DNA of 64,000 nucleotides, from assembly GCA_964016885.1 (NCBI GenBank), contig OZ024745.1, positions 105,772,001 through 105,836,000 on the forward strand. The letters run 5' to 3'. A program made the position numbers and the translations under genes. Positions 13,101 to 26,935 of the stretch are shown here, in pieces. A model generated the notes under the pieces. The model was not told the origin of the DNA, did no database searches, and saw only the letters and a list, made by a program, of their open reading frames with translations. Position 1 is the stretch's first letter. Every line of letters starts with the position of its first letter. This DNA comes from Eledone cirrhosa (taxonomy: Eukaryota).

Positions 13101-14210
13101 ATATTTACATTGTGGCAATCTTAGGTAAATATAGTTGACCAGGAATACGACAAAAAGAAAAAAAAAAGTTAAATTCATCTACAAAATCACAGCATCATTT
13201 GTCAGGCTTTCATGATTCACCGTTACGTACTGACGCCATAATCCTTTTAGCCATTTATTTTTCTATACAAATCTGTGATATGTTCTCGTGAAAAATATAA
13301 TCAGGTTTGAAGGAATCAGTAGGGTTTAGGGTTCTGAAATTGAGTATTTGTATAGTAATATGATGAGAGGATTCTACTAAAATGTAATAATCTTGCTTCA
13401 CTAAAATGCAGAAATGTTGTTCTATGAATATGAGTCAGAATTTATATCATTGCTAATGCTTCTTGCTTACTCTGTCATATCACTCCGACAGAACGTCAGA
13501 GTGATTAGAAATTACTGTATATTATTTCAAACGTATTTTATCAGATTTCATCATGTGTTTTGTCAATAATCGTATTTGCTAAAGTTTATGAAAACTTTGA
13601 TATAAAAATTGTAATGCTTGCTTAACCCGGAGTTGAATTTTAAAAGCAAATGGAAAATACTCGGGAAATAAGTCAGTTGGTTACTATCTTACGACTTGGT
13701 TTAATGCTACTTAAAGTTTCGATGTTATTGATGTGATATGAGACGAAACATAAAAAAAAACTGTGTGTTCATTCAAGACAGTTTTAGTATATTTGCTGTC
13801 AAAGGCATTTCTCGTGTTTATGGCCAGTCATTTTTATTTCTCAGTGTAATATTGACAGAAAATATTCAGTTTGCTTTCGTTTTATAGTGATCATGAAATG
13901 ATCTTAATATAGGTATATGGTTTTGGCTCATGTTACACCTCTCCAAGCTTTCGTATTTATATTTATGAATCACCGATTATCCCTCCGTTCACTTCTTCCC
14001 AGCCATCGCATCCGTTTGCTACTCCCAACCTGCTGACATGTTCCTTCCAAATACTTATGTTCAACAATTCAGACTTAACATTAGCCGCACTAACATCTTC
14101 ATGTCGGCCTTATTTCTTCATTCCAATGAGCCTCCTCCTATTAACAACAACAACAAAAGAAAAAGAAAACTGTTGGTATTTTTCTTAAATTTACAAAGAG
14201 TTGAGACTTA

Positions 14211-14498
14211 ATAATTGTTTCTACTTTAGGCACAAGGCCAGCAATTACCCAGTGCATTACTGGTACTTTATTTTATCGACCGCGTAAGGATGAAAGGCAA
14301 AGTAAACCTCGGCGGGATTTGAACTCAGAACGTAAAGGGATGTAACTATGCTGGAAAGCATGGCGTCCGACTCTCTACCGATACTGCCAATCCACCGAGA
14401 CTTAATAATTGTCTCTACTTTAGGCACAAGGCCTGCAATTACCCTGTGCATTACTGGTACTTTATTTTATCGACCCCGTAAGGATGAAAGGCAAAGTC
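14211..14498 (-). mobile_element. Full SINE plus adjacent 3' partial copy
   Basis: Reverse complement of the same family; GAGACTTAATAATTGT repeated at 14203 and 14397. Confidence 0.85.
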
Positions 14499-15836
14499 AA
14501 TAATGAACTATCAAAGTAGTGCTTACAATTGCCGTTTCTTACATATAATGTAACCCGGTGAGGTGAACTTGCAGTCTCGTTAGAACGTTGGATAGAATGA
14601 TTTATGTTATTCGTTCCGGCTCTCAAATCCCGTCGAGGTCAACTTCGACATTTATCCTTAGTGGTCCATAAAAAAAGAATTACTCTTGTACTGGGGTTGA
14701 TTCCACTCTATCTCTTTCTCGCTTACACTCTCTCACTTTCTATCGTTCTCTGGAAGTAATATTATGTACTCATGCCTGGAGAGGAATGGGCTCCGCCAGA
14801 CTTAAATGTAAAGGAAACGCCATATATCAATAGGGCGCCCCTGCGTCTCCATCGGGAGTTATGGGGGTTATACCACACCATACATATGAAGTAGATTACT
14901 ATTGAAAAATATCGTTTACCTGGTTGGATCAACACACGTATATAAGTGGTAGTGAGATTGCCGGACTAAGAAACGTGGTGATTTGGCAGAATAAGAACAG
15001 CATCGTTCGACATTGGCTCCAAAAATTTACATTATGTGTTCAAATCTTACTGAGTTCAAATTTGCCATTCATCTTTCCGGGATGGACAAATTAATGTATC
15101 ATTTATGTTCTTCGATCGGTTTAATCAACTATTCTTTCCTATAAATGTATGGCTTTATGCCTGTCTTAGAAATCTCCGTAGGGCGCACGGAAGTCAAAGT
15201 CGATTTCAGTATCATCTTAAATCACTGGAACTATCTTGAATTAAAGAAAGAAATCTTGTTATTTTGGTACATGCCGGCTTGAATTCTGCGAAGAAATGAA
15301 ATAATTTTTAAAGAATTGGCTGTACAACAAGGGGCTTCATTTCAGGTATTAACAATTGTTTCATTGATCAGGTGAATCTAGAGGCCGTTAATCGCTCGAA
15401 GTTACGTCACTCGACCTCCATTACATTATTTACCTCTTACCAAATCCTCAGAATACAAATAATTCATACATAGCATGATACATATAGAGAAATAGCGTAT
15501 AATCAAAACAATAATAGCAATAATAAAATATATGATAAATAGGTAGAGAAGTTACAGATGAAAAAGTAAAATATAAGAAAAGAGATACAGTAAAAAAGTA
15601 AGAAAATGGAAAAATAATAAAAACATAAAGAAATAAGGATACGTGAGAGCAAATAAGTACAGAATATGATAGTGGTGGTGGTGAGTAAGTGTCCGTTTAA
15701 GGATGCTGTGGTGGATTTAGTGCTAACATGAACAGTCATATTCGAAACATACATAGATACGTGTACGTTAAAACTATCCACGACACAGAGAAGTCACAAC
15801 CTCTAACTGGATTACCTATAACGATAACTTGTTATC

Positions 15837-15925
<89 letters not shown>

Positions 15926-15980
15926 TGTGTGTGTGTGTGTGTTGTAAAGAACGAGGAATCAGTATTGCATCAAATCACAA

Positions 15981-16060
15981 TTGACTACATATGTTTCGCT
16001 GTCGATCAGCTCGCGGCAGAATCTGTTACCCGACTCTGCATTCGAAGGGTCTTCAGATAC
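15981..16060 (-). ncRNA. Degenerate hammerhead-like motif
   Basis: CTGAAGA ... GCTG ATCGA CAGC-GAAA-CATATG-TA; palindromic stem III; core-to-stem II register ambiguous. Confidence 0.35.
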
Positions 16061-18194
16061 AACCGGCATACCGCCTACGGACGCCTTTACCTGCAACCCT
16101 ACAACAACTATATATATATATATATATATCGAAGGAATTGTGGTAAGGAACCAGATGGACCATAGCGCACCAGAGTACTCGATACTAGGGGTAGTAGAGT
16201 GGGTAATAGGAAAAGAGTCAGGACCACGACGGCTGAGCTCCGGCCGTTTCGACAGCTAGTTCAGATGTATATATATATATATACATACGTATATTTATAC
16301 CTACCTACATACGTACATACATACGTACGTACATACGCAAAGAAAACGGAAATTAATTGACCAGAAGCTATTGATAGAATATCAAAGTTTAATGAAAAAA
16401 GAAAACATTCGTCGCAAACCAATGGGAAATCTGCAATTACCTCTTACAGAATATAGCTTTAGATTTATACCTATAATTATTGGAGGATCTGGATATGGAA
16501 CTAATTGAATCTTTACTAATTACGAGAAGCTGGGTTTCACCAACGCAGAATGGAATAATTACAACTTATTGCTGTTAAAGTGAAGATATATAAAACATTT
16601 CAGAACTTTAGCATATAATATGTACATATACTCATACATACAGACATAAAACGTATGTATGAGCAATCATATATAAATAAAAACAGATTCAGATCCAGAA
16701 ATGCAATATTATACACATTTCAAAATATGCATATATTTCCTCGTATATACACTCATAATTGATGTCTAAATACCAATTGGTGAGAACATTGAAAAATATA
16801 ACTAGGGAAATACACACAGATATACACTATATATGTACGTCTGCACTCACAAAGATATTATGTACTGATCTTATTTAATTTCGGCGACACATTGCATAAA
16901 TCTCTGTTCCAATCTGAACATCATGAATTAAGTGTATACTGAAGCTGGTGTTGGTGGAAAAACTCTAGCTATATTTTAATACAACGAATAGAACAGGCAA
17001 TATTTCAGTTCATGTGTAGCACCTGCATATAACATAACCTAATTTATAACTGATTGCGTTAGCTACTGATGTGCATGTGAATGTAAATATGGAAGAGAGA
17101 TAATTTAGTGAGCATTGCGGTATTAAAAAAAAAAGAACTTATTATTATAAGTAATATCGGCATGTGTATCTTTTTTTGCGTGTGCTAGCACATGTTTGTA
17201 TGTGTATATGTCTGTGTGTATGTTTTTTTCTGAGGCTGAATGACGTATGAAAACAGGAGAGAGATCACCCTGTTTTATTAAAATACGATGAATCAAATTG
17301 TTGTTGTTGTTGCTGTTTGTGATGAAAATCTTTCCAGGCAGGAGTTTCTCGTCGTTTTGTATGTTAGGCGCTATAATGTCAAATGCGTACTTCGTTTTAT
17401 ATTTTTCTTATAGGAATAGCGTGTTTGGTAAGGCATATTTGGTTGCTAAATTTAACCGATGGAGTGATCATATGGAGTACCTATGAAGAATTGGCGTTTC
17501 ATAATTCTGCAATTGAGTGGCTATTTATGATGGATAGTTGTTGCTGTTTAATTCCATGACATCTCTGACAGAGTAGATTATGAATAGACATCGCCATTTT
17601 GATTGTGTTGTTTTCGTTCTCCAGACGGCGGAGTATGATTTGCCGGAGAGTTGTTCCTAACTGGTTGAAGGATCATTTAGAAACTCCTTATGATGTTCCG
17701 TTATCAGCCAGCATTGTTATACTTTGTAGTGGAACAAGTTTTGATGTTTACACACCTGTCACCTTGCCGTCTCTAGCATATTGTTAAAGTACATCCGCCG
17801 GCAACTTGATTAAAGAAGAAACTTGTATGTGTTCACTCTCCTGCTAGAAATAGTAGACAAATATCAATCTAATCATAAAATAGAGACATATTGCATAACA
17901 TCTGTCTCCGGACTCTATGATAAAAAATCTGGATTTCCTTTGATCACAGTTCTGCTTGATTGAGCCGATCTGGTGTTCAACAATTACAATAACCTCATTA
18001 ACGAGGAGACCTGTATATGGTCGCGTGACAGACCAAGACACGAGAGCCAAACATTTCTCACATCACATCTCATCGTAATAGAAAACTGGAGAAAAAATCG
18101 AATATGTAAAACAAAGAGTTACAAAACAAAATCATATAAAACAAAAAATTACAGCATGAAAATTAGGAAATGAGCAACAATATCTTTGTTGTGA

Positions 18195-18512
18195 CATGTT
18201 CTCCGCCTCTAAGTTAATCGCTTCGGTCACAAACCGCGGTCCTGCGACGCTCTATGGAGAGGAAGGAAGATAAATAAATACCGGGGATTGTCCAGTCGCT
18301 TCCTCTTCGCACCGGTCGCTGTCGAGACCTCAGTCGTACTTGGACCCCGTACTGCCGAACTCCTCCATAAGATCGGAACCTCGGCGGCCCGTCTGAGGAA
18401 GGAGCCCCGCGAGGTGGCGTGGCTTTTGCAGCGAGTTTTGCTGGCTATAGTACACGAGAATGCTTTTGAGGTCTTGTCCGTGAGGAACAGACGAATTACC
18501 CCCGCCTCTTAG
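18195..18512 (+). pseudogene. CRE-clade non-LTR retrotransposon 3' end (restriction-like endonuclease C-terminus)
   Basis: KYRGLSSRFLFAPVAVETSVVLGPRTAELLHKIG...EPREVAWLLQRVLLAIVHENA matches the KY...F.PxAxETxG..G...QRxSxAxxRGNA pattern; GC-rich island. Confidence 0.8.
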
Positions 18513-19823
18513 GCCTAGAACTCAATCAACCTCCCCCACCCCTCCTCATTCTTCTGTGACACTAGAGGCTTTGCCTTTCTCTTCCTCTTCCATTTTTTTT
18601 ATATTTTTTTTTATTTTACATTGCAAGCATTAATTGTTATATGAATTGTTTTGTTTTTATTTCCGAACATATGTTAGTTAAAGCGGAACCCTGTACGTGA
18701 TATGTCAAAAATAACAACCAATATTCCTCCCGTCCTCTTAAACAACGAAACGATAATTTGGATATTTTAGATTTACTCACAAAACACGGAGCGGCTACGG
18801 TCGGATTAACAGAGGATAAGACACTTGGTTATACAGCAGAAGCCACTTATTATAATCACGGGTAAAATTATCAAACGTTTATTGTCAACAAACTTAGTGT
18901 AGCCCTAAATTCTCAGTACATTGCAATATTATTTGCTTAAGGTTTTAAGTCGGTTATTCTCATCTAAAAACTCTGATCACAATAAGGTATTATCTAAACA
19001 GTGTATTACTTAATTTAGCGATTCTTCGCAACTATTAATAATTAGTCATTTGGAGGTAATCTTTTGTTGATCTACAATGTGTTGTGCAAACTGTATAGCA
19101 TTCGTGTTTATTTGGTTCAGTAGATTAAGAATTACACAAGAGAATTTGTTTTACTACTGCTGTTGCTGGTGGATCAATGAGACTGTGATGTAGTTAATGA
19201 ATAAAGTTACACCTTTTTCAATAGAAAATGTGATTGACGTGAGAAAGGTGTTAATGGAGGTCTGAAACCTGAAAACGATTCACCAGAAAACATGGTGTTA
19301 CGCAATAGAAAAGTTAACACCTGGCGATATAACTTTTAGACAGTAGGGCTGTTTCGGCGTAGATGAAAACAACAAGAAAAAAATTACAAAATTTACAATT
19401 ATAAAGCCTCATCACATAATTGGAAATAAATTGCATTTGGAAGGTGAGGTTAAAATCGTGGGTAAATGTACAGATGAGGGGAGGGGTCGTGACTGTAGAT
19501 CATACCTACACTACCTAATTGATGATATGGTGATAAAAACAACAGATTTTACAGGTGGCGGTAACATTATGTTGCCGAGATTTAGACTCTGAAAGTGTGT
19601 ATATAAGTGTGTGTGAATGTGTGTTATGAGTGTGTGTATGTGGGTGTGTCTGTGTATGTATGTGAGCGAGACGGTTTTCGTGAGAGGTGATATAGCAAAG
19701 TAATTGTGTAATGTTTTGTTTTATTTTTTCAATACCATTAAACATAAAAATTGGTAGGCTTTACAACAAACGAACATACATATAACCATACCAATATATA
19801 TATGTATATAAATAAACACACAC

Positions 19824-19875
<52 letters not shown>

Positions 19876-20044
19876 TTTCTCCTTCTCTCTCTCTCTCTCT
19901 CTCTCTCTCACGCAAACCTTTACGTACATACATAGACCCATCTTACGGAAAATACTTCAGACACATACACACATATATACATACAATCATGCAAACAAAA
20001 CAATAATAAATCACATATTCTTTACTGTAAAAATACTCCTAAAT

Positions 20045-20126
<82 letters not shown>

Positions 20127-20627
20127 AAAAGGCAAGCACACATACTTGAAGAGAGCAACAGACACATACACACACATCAAGACAGGCATAAACACACACA
20201 TACCAGTTCAGTCATTCACTTACTAACTCACTCACATGAAGCATACACATATACACGGACTCACGACTAAATCGACACAGGCGTACAGACAGACACACAC
20301 TTGGAATCCAGGGAACGCGCAGAAACGATATACTTCAACGGCACAGCTATACCAGCACTACAGATAGACTCAGATACTCTACTACCTTTCCTGCGTACAC
20401 ACCCTCACACAGGCAAACACATATCTCTGACCTCCTGTTTACTTCACACATCCAGATGGGCTCCAATTTCTTTATCATTTTCCCCACTCTTATTTTCTTC
20501 TCCAAACTCTTCTCTTTTCTAACTTCACTCTCATTTGTTTATCGATGAAGGACTAACGCCCGAGAAGGGTTTACATAATAATACTTTTTGTAATTGTTCT
20601 CCGTGTTACCTTTCGTTTCGGCCCTTG

Positions 20628-20684
<57 letters not shown>

Positions 20685-20686
<2 letters not shown>

Positions 20687-20830
20687 CGATGCGTTATGTT
20701 CTTGAGCAAGACACTTTATTTCACGTTGCTCCTTCTACCTGGAGTTGCGACCGATAGATAGTATTAGCAATAGGAAAGACCAACGGAAACATTGTTCCCT
20801 CGGTCCGATTTGACGAAAGTCGATCGTTCC
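20685..20830 (+). mobile_element. Second SINE family fragment; minus-strand copies at 33338-33560 and 33871-34093
   Basis: TTGAGCAAGACACTTTATTTCACGTTGCTCC core; minus copies include tRNA-like head GAGTTCGATTCC. Confidence 0.75.
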
Positions 20831-21107
20831 TTTATTATAGTGCAAGGGCATATATATATATATCTATATATAGGAAAATGTTGAACCCCGACGGCAGAGC
20901 TCAAGCCGTTTCGACGGCTATTTCTGGACTGAAATAGCCGTCGAAACGGCTTGAGCTCTGCCGTCGGGGTTAAACATTTTCTTATTACCCACTCTACTAC
21001 CCTAAGTATTGTGTACCCTGGTGCGTTATGGTCCATCTGGTTCCTTACCACACCTCCTTCGTTATATATATATATATATATATACATGAATATATATGTC
21101 TATCTCT

Positions 21108-21156
<49 letters not shown>

Positions 21157-21189
21157 AAAGAATAGAGGTGTAACACACAAGTTATTATA

Positions 21190-21777
21190 TATTGGTAAAC
21201 GGAATAGAAAATGCTGACAAATTGTTCACAGTTGAAAAATGGTTTAATTAGGAATAAAAGAGTATTAGTGATTGCATGGGTTAGTATTCAGTTGTGGTTT
21301 TAAGTTTTTAAGTTTTTACCGGTTGCGCATTTCTAAATGCTTGTCAAAAATAATTTTGAGATAGAGTGTCCGTGTTGTTTGCTCTGATCTGATTAGTTTT
21401 GGGAATTCTACCTGTTTTTATGTTAAAAAAGTGGCTCCAGCGTTACTTTGGTGTTGCAAAAATTCTTGTGGTCAAAACAATTTTGATTGGTCGGTAGAGG
21501 TCATGTGAATGTAAAAAATTGATTTTGCGCCAAGACTGTTTTTATGTTAAAAAAGTGGCTCCAGCGCTATTTGGTGTTTGCAAAAATTCTTGTGGTCAAA
21601 ACAATTTTGATTGGTCGGTAGAGGTCATGTGAATAAAAAATTGGTTTTGCGCCAAGATTGAGAAATGACTCTTTCACAACAAATATGTGTGTGTGTGTGT
21701 GTGTGTAGTAGTAGTAGTAAGGTGTTCGATGTTGTGATAATGGTTAGCAGGGATGTGTGTCAAATGGCTATTAAGAT

Positions 21778-21838
<61 letters not shown>

Positions 21839-22050
21839 GCAGAGTAATTCGTGGTAGCAGGGATAGTCAGTAAGAATGTGTGTCAAAATTATTTTTGAAA
21901 AGCATTTAGAAATGCGCAACCGGTAAAAACTTAAAAACTTAAAACCACAACTGAATACTAACCCATACAATCACTAATACTCTTTTATTCCTAATTAAAC
22001 CATTTTTCAACTGTGAACAATTTGTCAGCATTTTCTATTCCGTTTACCAA
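21190..22050. mobile_element. Inverted-repeat element (arms ~21190-21360 and ~21886-22050) with internal ~123-bp tandem duplication; variant HHR in each arm
   Basis: Arms are near-identical reverse complements, tails outward to TA tracts; related element at 50994-51650. Confidence 0.85.
21892..21929 (+). ncRNA. Hammerhead-like motif with U3-A8 and C13 core changes
   Basis: TTT-TTGAAAA-GCATTT AG AAATGC-GCAA-CCGG-TA-AAAA; sister copies at 21313-21350(-), 51111-51147(-), 51497-51534(+). Confidence 0.55.
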
Positions 22051-22114
22051 TATATATATATATATATTATACAGTAGTAGTAGTTGTTGTTGTTGTTGTG
22101 GCAGCAACATTTAA

Positions 22115-22460
22115 AGTTACGGTTTGGGTTCAGTCCCGCCAAGGTTAACTTTGCCTTTCATTCTTACGGGGTCGATAAAATAAAGTACCAGTCACGCACT
22201 GGATCGATTTAATCGACTTTCCCTCCCCCAACATTGCTGGCCTTGTGCCTATAGTAGAAATCATTGTTATTATTATCATTATTAGTAGGCAGTATCGGTA
22301 GAGGGTCGGACATGCTTTCCAGCATAGTTACGTCCCTTTACGATCTGAGTTCAAATCCCGCCGAGGCTAACTTTATCTCTTTCATCCTTACGGGTCGATA
22401 AAATAAAGTACCAGTAACGTACTGGGTTATTGCTGGCCTTGTGCCAAATGTAGAAACAAT
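22115..22460 (+). mobile_element. Two adjacent SINE copies
   Basis: Two cores GCCTTTCAT...GTCGATAAAATAAAGTACC with tails ending ~22262 and ~22460. Confidence 0.85.
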
Positions 22461-22530
22461 TATTATTAGTAATAGTATTAGCAGTAGTAGTAGTATTAGC
22501 AGCAGCAGCAGCAGCAGCAGCAGTAGCAGC

Positions 22531-22564
<34 letters not shown>

Positions 22565-23929
22565 AATGATTTCATCGTGTTCAGATTTCTCAAGCCTAAA
22601 GAAAATTTCACCCAAGACATAAGACATAATTATGTACTCGACTAATCATCAACAAATTGATTGAGTACACTACGTAGAGTATCTACTGATTGACAGAATA
22701 TAAATGAAGTAAACGAATAATTGACCATTGAATCAGCAAATTATCATTTTATAATAGGTCAAACTAATTTGCCATTTTGATAAGAACTGGCAACCGATTA
22801 TTTGAGATTTCAATCCTCTCAACAATTATTCCTCTTAGGGAAATATCGTCTTCTTTATTGATATCAACTTAATACCGTTCATTAAGTTAACTCGGGCAAT
22901 TTGCAGTTATGTTTTTCAAAGTAGAGCACGTGGTCTCCTAGGATACTAACATAAAAGTCAATAGGGATTATAAACTGCAAACTATGTTTTAAAATTAACG
23001 TTAAATTTCTTTCTTTCTGTTTTATTTTCTTTCATAAAGATGAATTTATAGCTTCTCAAGAAAAAACAGTAGCAATAGTTTCCGTGAATTACCAAAATTT
23101 AATGTTTTAATCAGAAATTGATTTTCATCCAGTCTAACTTCTCTGCAGACAGAATTATAATCATTCCTGAGAAACATATAGGTTTTATCAACAATTATGG
23201 TGCAAATCACAAATTTTAATAATTTACCTTTTGGGAATTTAAAATTATATTGTTATCAGGAACCCTAAAGTCTGAAAAATGTTATTTGAAATGCTAATTC
23301 CATTTTACAGAAATTTATGAATCTAAATTAGCTATTTCTCATCTTTAATCAATGTGAAAAACTAATGCCATAAATAAACTGATTGTAGTAAAGCATAAAT
23401 TGCATGTGGTTCTTTACGTAACTGCTCCTAATTTATGATCACTTTGCTGACATTAATATTTAAAATACGAAACCATCATTATCTCATCGTTAGACATTAT
23501 CTTCAACCTGTTACAATTGATTAGATATTCATTAAAATTTAAATAAACATATCAAATAAATTCGCTTAGATTGTGTTTTTTATTCGAGTGACTTAAGATT
23601 GCCAGAAGCACTAAATTCCTAACGGGCAAATGTAGTGACTATATACGTGGTTGCTTTATCTGCTAGAAGTAACCAAATCTCCTTCGAATCACATGTTACC
23701 GATATAAAGAGGTAAGACTGGACAAATTGTGTAATGTATTCTGTGATAAACTAGAATGGTATGCATGAGTGCTTGGCTGAACAAAAAGTGACAGCAGTAA
23801 CGCATACATGGTTCAATTCCCATAGGCCGTTCTATTACATTTCCACGTCATATTTCGCGCGTTTAAATGCATTAAGTTTAAATTCATCATTAAACAACAT
23901 CTCAACAGTTTATATTGCCTTCTATAAAG

Positions 23930-23961
<32 letters not shown>

Positions 23962-23976
23962 ACACACGCACACACA

Positions 23977-24034
<58 letters not shown>

Positions 24035-24039
<5 letters not shown>

Positions 24040-24203
24040 AAAATTCCTCTATAATGAATACACTTATAACGAATTTTTCAGTATAACGAATTTTTTTTTC
24101 AATCCCCGGCCCGATGTGTTATGTCGATCTTATTATAAAGATTTTTTAGTTATAATGAATTTTTTTTATTGACCATGGATTTCGTTATAACGGAATTTCA
24201 CTG
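24035..24203. mobile_element. pogo/Tigger-like MITE
   Basis: TIRs CAGTTAAAATTCCTCTATAATGAA / TTCGTTATAACGGAATTTCACTG|TA; internal TATAACGAA repeats. Confidence 0.7.
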
Positions 24204-24238
24204 TATATGTGTATATTTGTAGTATATATATATTTGTA

Positions 24239-24272
<34 letters not shown>

Positions 24273-24523
24273 GAGAGAGAGAGAGTGGATGGTTGGTTGG
24301 ATAGATATTTCGATACCTGAGTGTATGTGGTGTAAGTCAGTACCTTACCTTTAATCAAATTATAATTTTATCACCAGTTGTATCTTCTTTATATTTTTGT
24401 TATCTGTTATCCACTAGTTTGGTTGTACCAATCTATCTGCTAACATAGAATGTTATAAATATCAATTTACTACATGTAATCAATATTTTCCTAATATTCT
24501 CAGTCATATCTACTGATATTTTT

Positions 24524-25523
24524 ATCCCGCCGAGGTTAACTTTGCCTTTCATCCTTACGGAGTCGATAAAATAAAGTACCAGTAATGTACTGGGTAATTG
24601 CTGGCCTTGTGCCAAAAGTAGAAACAATTATTATGGTCAAAAGTTACGTCCCTTTACGGTTTGAGTTCAAATCCCGCCGAGGTTAACTTTGCCTTTCATC
24701 CTTACGGAGTCGATAAAATAAAGTACCAGTAATGTACTGAATAATTGCTGGCCTTGTTCCAAAAGTAGAAACAATTATTATGTCAAAAGTTACGTCCCTT
24801 TACGGTTTGAGTTCAAATCCCGCCGAGGTTAACTTTGCCTTTCATCCTTACGGGGTCGATAAAATAAAGTACCAGTAATGTACTGAATAATTGCTGGCCT
24901 TGTTCCAAAAGTAGAAACAATTATTATGGTCAAAAGTTACGTCCCTTTACGGTTTGAGTTCAAATCCCGCCGAGGTTAACTTTGCCTTTCATCCTTACGG
25001 GGTCAATAAAATAAAGTACCAGTAATGTACTGAATAATTGCTGGCCTTGTTCCAAAAGTAGAAACAATTATTATTGTCAAAAGTTACGTCCCTTTACGGT
25101 TTGAGTTCAAATCCCGCCGAGGTTAACTTTGCCTTTCATCCTTACGGGGTCAATAAAATAAAGTACCAGTAATGTACTGAATAATTGCTGGCCTTGTTCC
25201 AAAAGTAGAAACAATTATTATGGTCAAAAGTTACGTCCCTTTACGGTTTGAGTTCAAATCCCGCCGAGGTTAACTTTGCCTTTCATCCTTACGGGGTCGA
25301 TAAAATAAAGTACCAGTAATGTACTGGGTAATTGCTGGCCTTGTGCCAAAAGTAGAAACAATTATTATGTCAAAAGTTACGTCCCTTTACGGTTTGAGTT
25401 CAAATCCCGCCGAGGTTAACTTTGCCTTTCATCCTTACGGGGTCGATAAAATAAAGTACCAGTAATGTACTGGTTAATTGCTGGCCTTGTGCCTAAAGTA
25501 GAAACAATTATTATGGTCAAAAG
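24524..25523 (+). repeat. Tandem array of ~7 headless SINE units, 146-147 bp period
   Basis: ATCCCGCCGAGG recurs at 24524, 24671, 24817, 24964, 25111, 25258 and 25404. Confidence 0.95.
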
Positions 25524-26759
25524 AAATGTTGCCTCTATTACCACAATTGTTATCCCCGTCAATATAGATGGCCTCATTAACACCATTAACATCCCTCACC
25601 AGACACCATCATCGATAATAATTTAACGAAAGGACAGCTTTGTCGTTATTAGACAGATTAGCAATACGCCAAACGGGCCTCATATCACACTCTATCGTTC
25701 TTTATTAAAAAAAAAAAAGTTCGGGTAGTGTACATAGGTTACAACATATTTGGATAATAGACGGAATTATCATGGTTTGAATGGTTTTGAAAATCGATTT
25801 ACGTTTTCACCTCTCACTTGGAGCTAAACAACAGGAATATCAACAATGACGAGCACCATTCTTCCGATCTTTAGTAGGTGTTATCCCAACCACTCGTTTC
25901 ATCATGGCCAATAGAGAGGTGCTACTATTACACTCACTCACATCCAAGAAGGTTGTCCACACTTCTCACCTGGTCACATTGTGGTGTCACCATAATCACT
26001 GCATTCTTCCTAATCTACAAAGGTGTCATCAATGCCACCACATATATGAAAATCAAAGAATGAGTTACAATTATCAGAAAAGCCATCATTATCAACATAC
26101 GGTCACCTCTTTCACCCCTCCCCCAATATATTCAACAAAGGTGTAACAACCATCATCATATTCAACAGAGTCAACAAAGGTGTCATTACTGCCATCACAC
26201 CCATTATTCCCATATATATATATCACATTTGTGAGAACATTGATCAATATTAACAGAAGTATCATATCTACTGCCACACACTTCAGTGTCATTAGAAGTG
26301 TTACCATTCTCATTAAACTCTTTGTTCTCAGTGGAGTTATTGCCACATTTACCTTCACAACACCACAACTTCTGCCATTAAAAGAAATCTTCAGATGAAC
26401 TTTATTTATTGTTGATGCTAAAATCTAAACCTCCGTAATAGTAATTTCCTTATTAACATCATAACGGTACCAAAGTAATACCATGGATATCTTGTTATTG
26501 TATGTTACCTGACTCCTTACTGCTTCCTTCCACTTCTTCACATATGGAATGTATTTCTATATTGTTCCATTACATTCTCTTTTCTATACTTTTCGTCATA
26601 TTTCACTACCAGAGATGAAAATAATAACTGTTGTCTAGCTTTGTCTCAAGGTTTACAGGTAAAATGTAAACATCATTTATAGGTAAAATATATTTATCTA
26701 TATTATACTTCTAGTTCCCGATTTGAAGCTATTAAATTCAAACTTATGGAAATATCTAT

Positions 26760-26935
26760 GTCTTGTGTGAATCTTTTAAGATTAAATTCTTTCAGCTCCC
26801 TTTAAACTATTCTACGCAAGGTTTACTATGGTCCTTTAGGCTTTCATCTCCCACATGGTGCTCATCTTAATGCTACTTTCGGTAACCTGTCCTGATCCAT
26901 TTTGTGTGCGTGGCCCATCCATTTGGCGTTTTCTG
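26760..26935 (-). pseudogene. RTE-clade LINE C-terminal fragment
   Basis: KWMGHAHKMDQDRLPKVALR*APCGR*KPKGP**TLRRIV*RELKEFNL (cf. RWxGHxxRMxxxRxPKxxLxWxPxGxRxxGRPxxTW). Confidence 0.75.

Noticed and set aside
15340-15420. HHR at GAAACAATTGTT on minus strand (also 38445-38515)
   Set aside because: The repeat is real and the palindrome is present, but no convincing core or stem I could be assigned.
24524-25523. CRISPR-like array
   Set aside because: Units are fully repeated with no unique spacers; SINE-derived; eukaryotic context.
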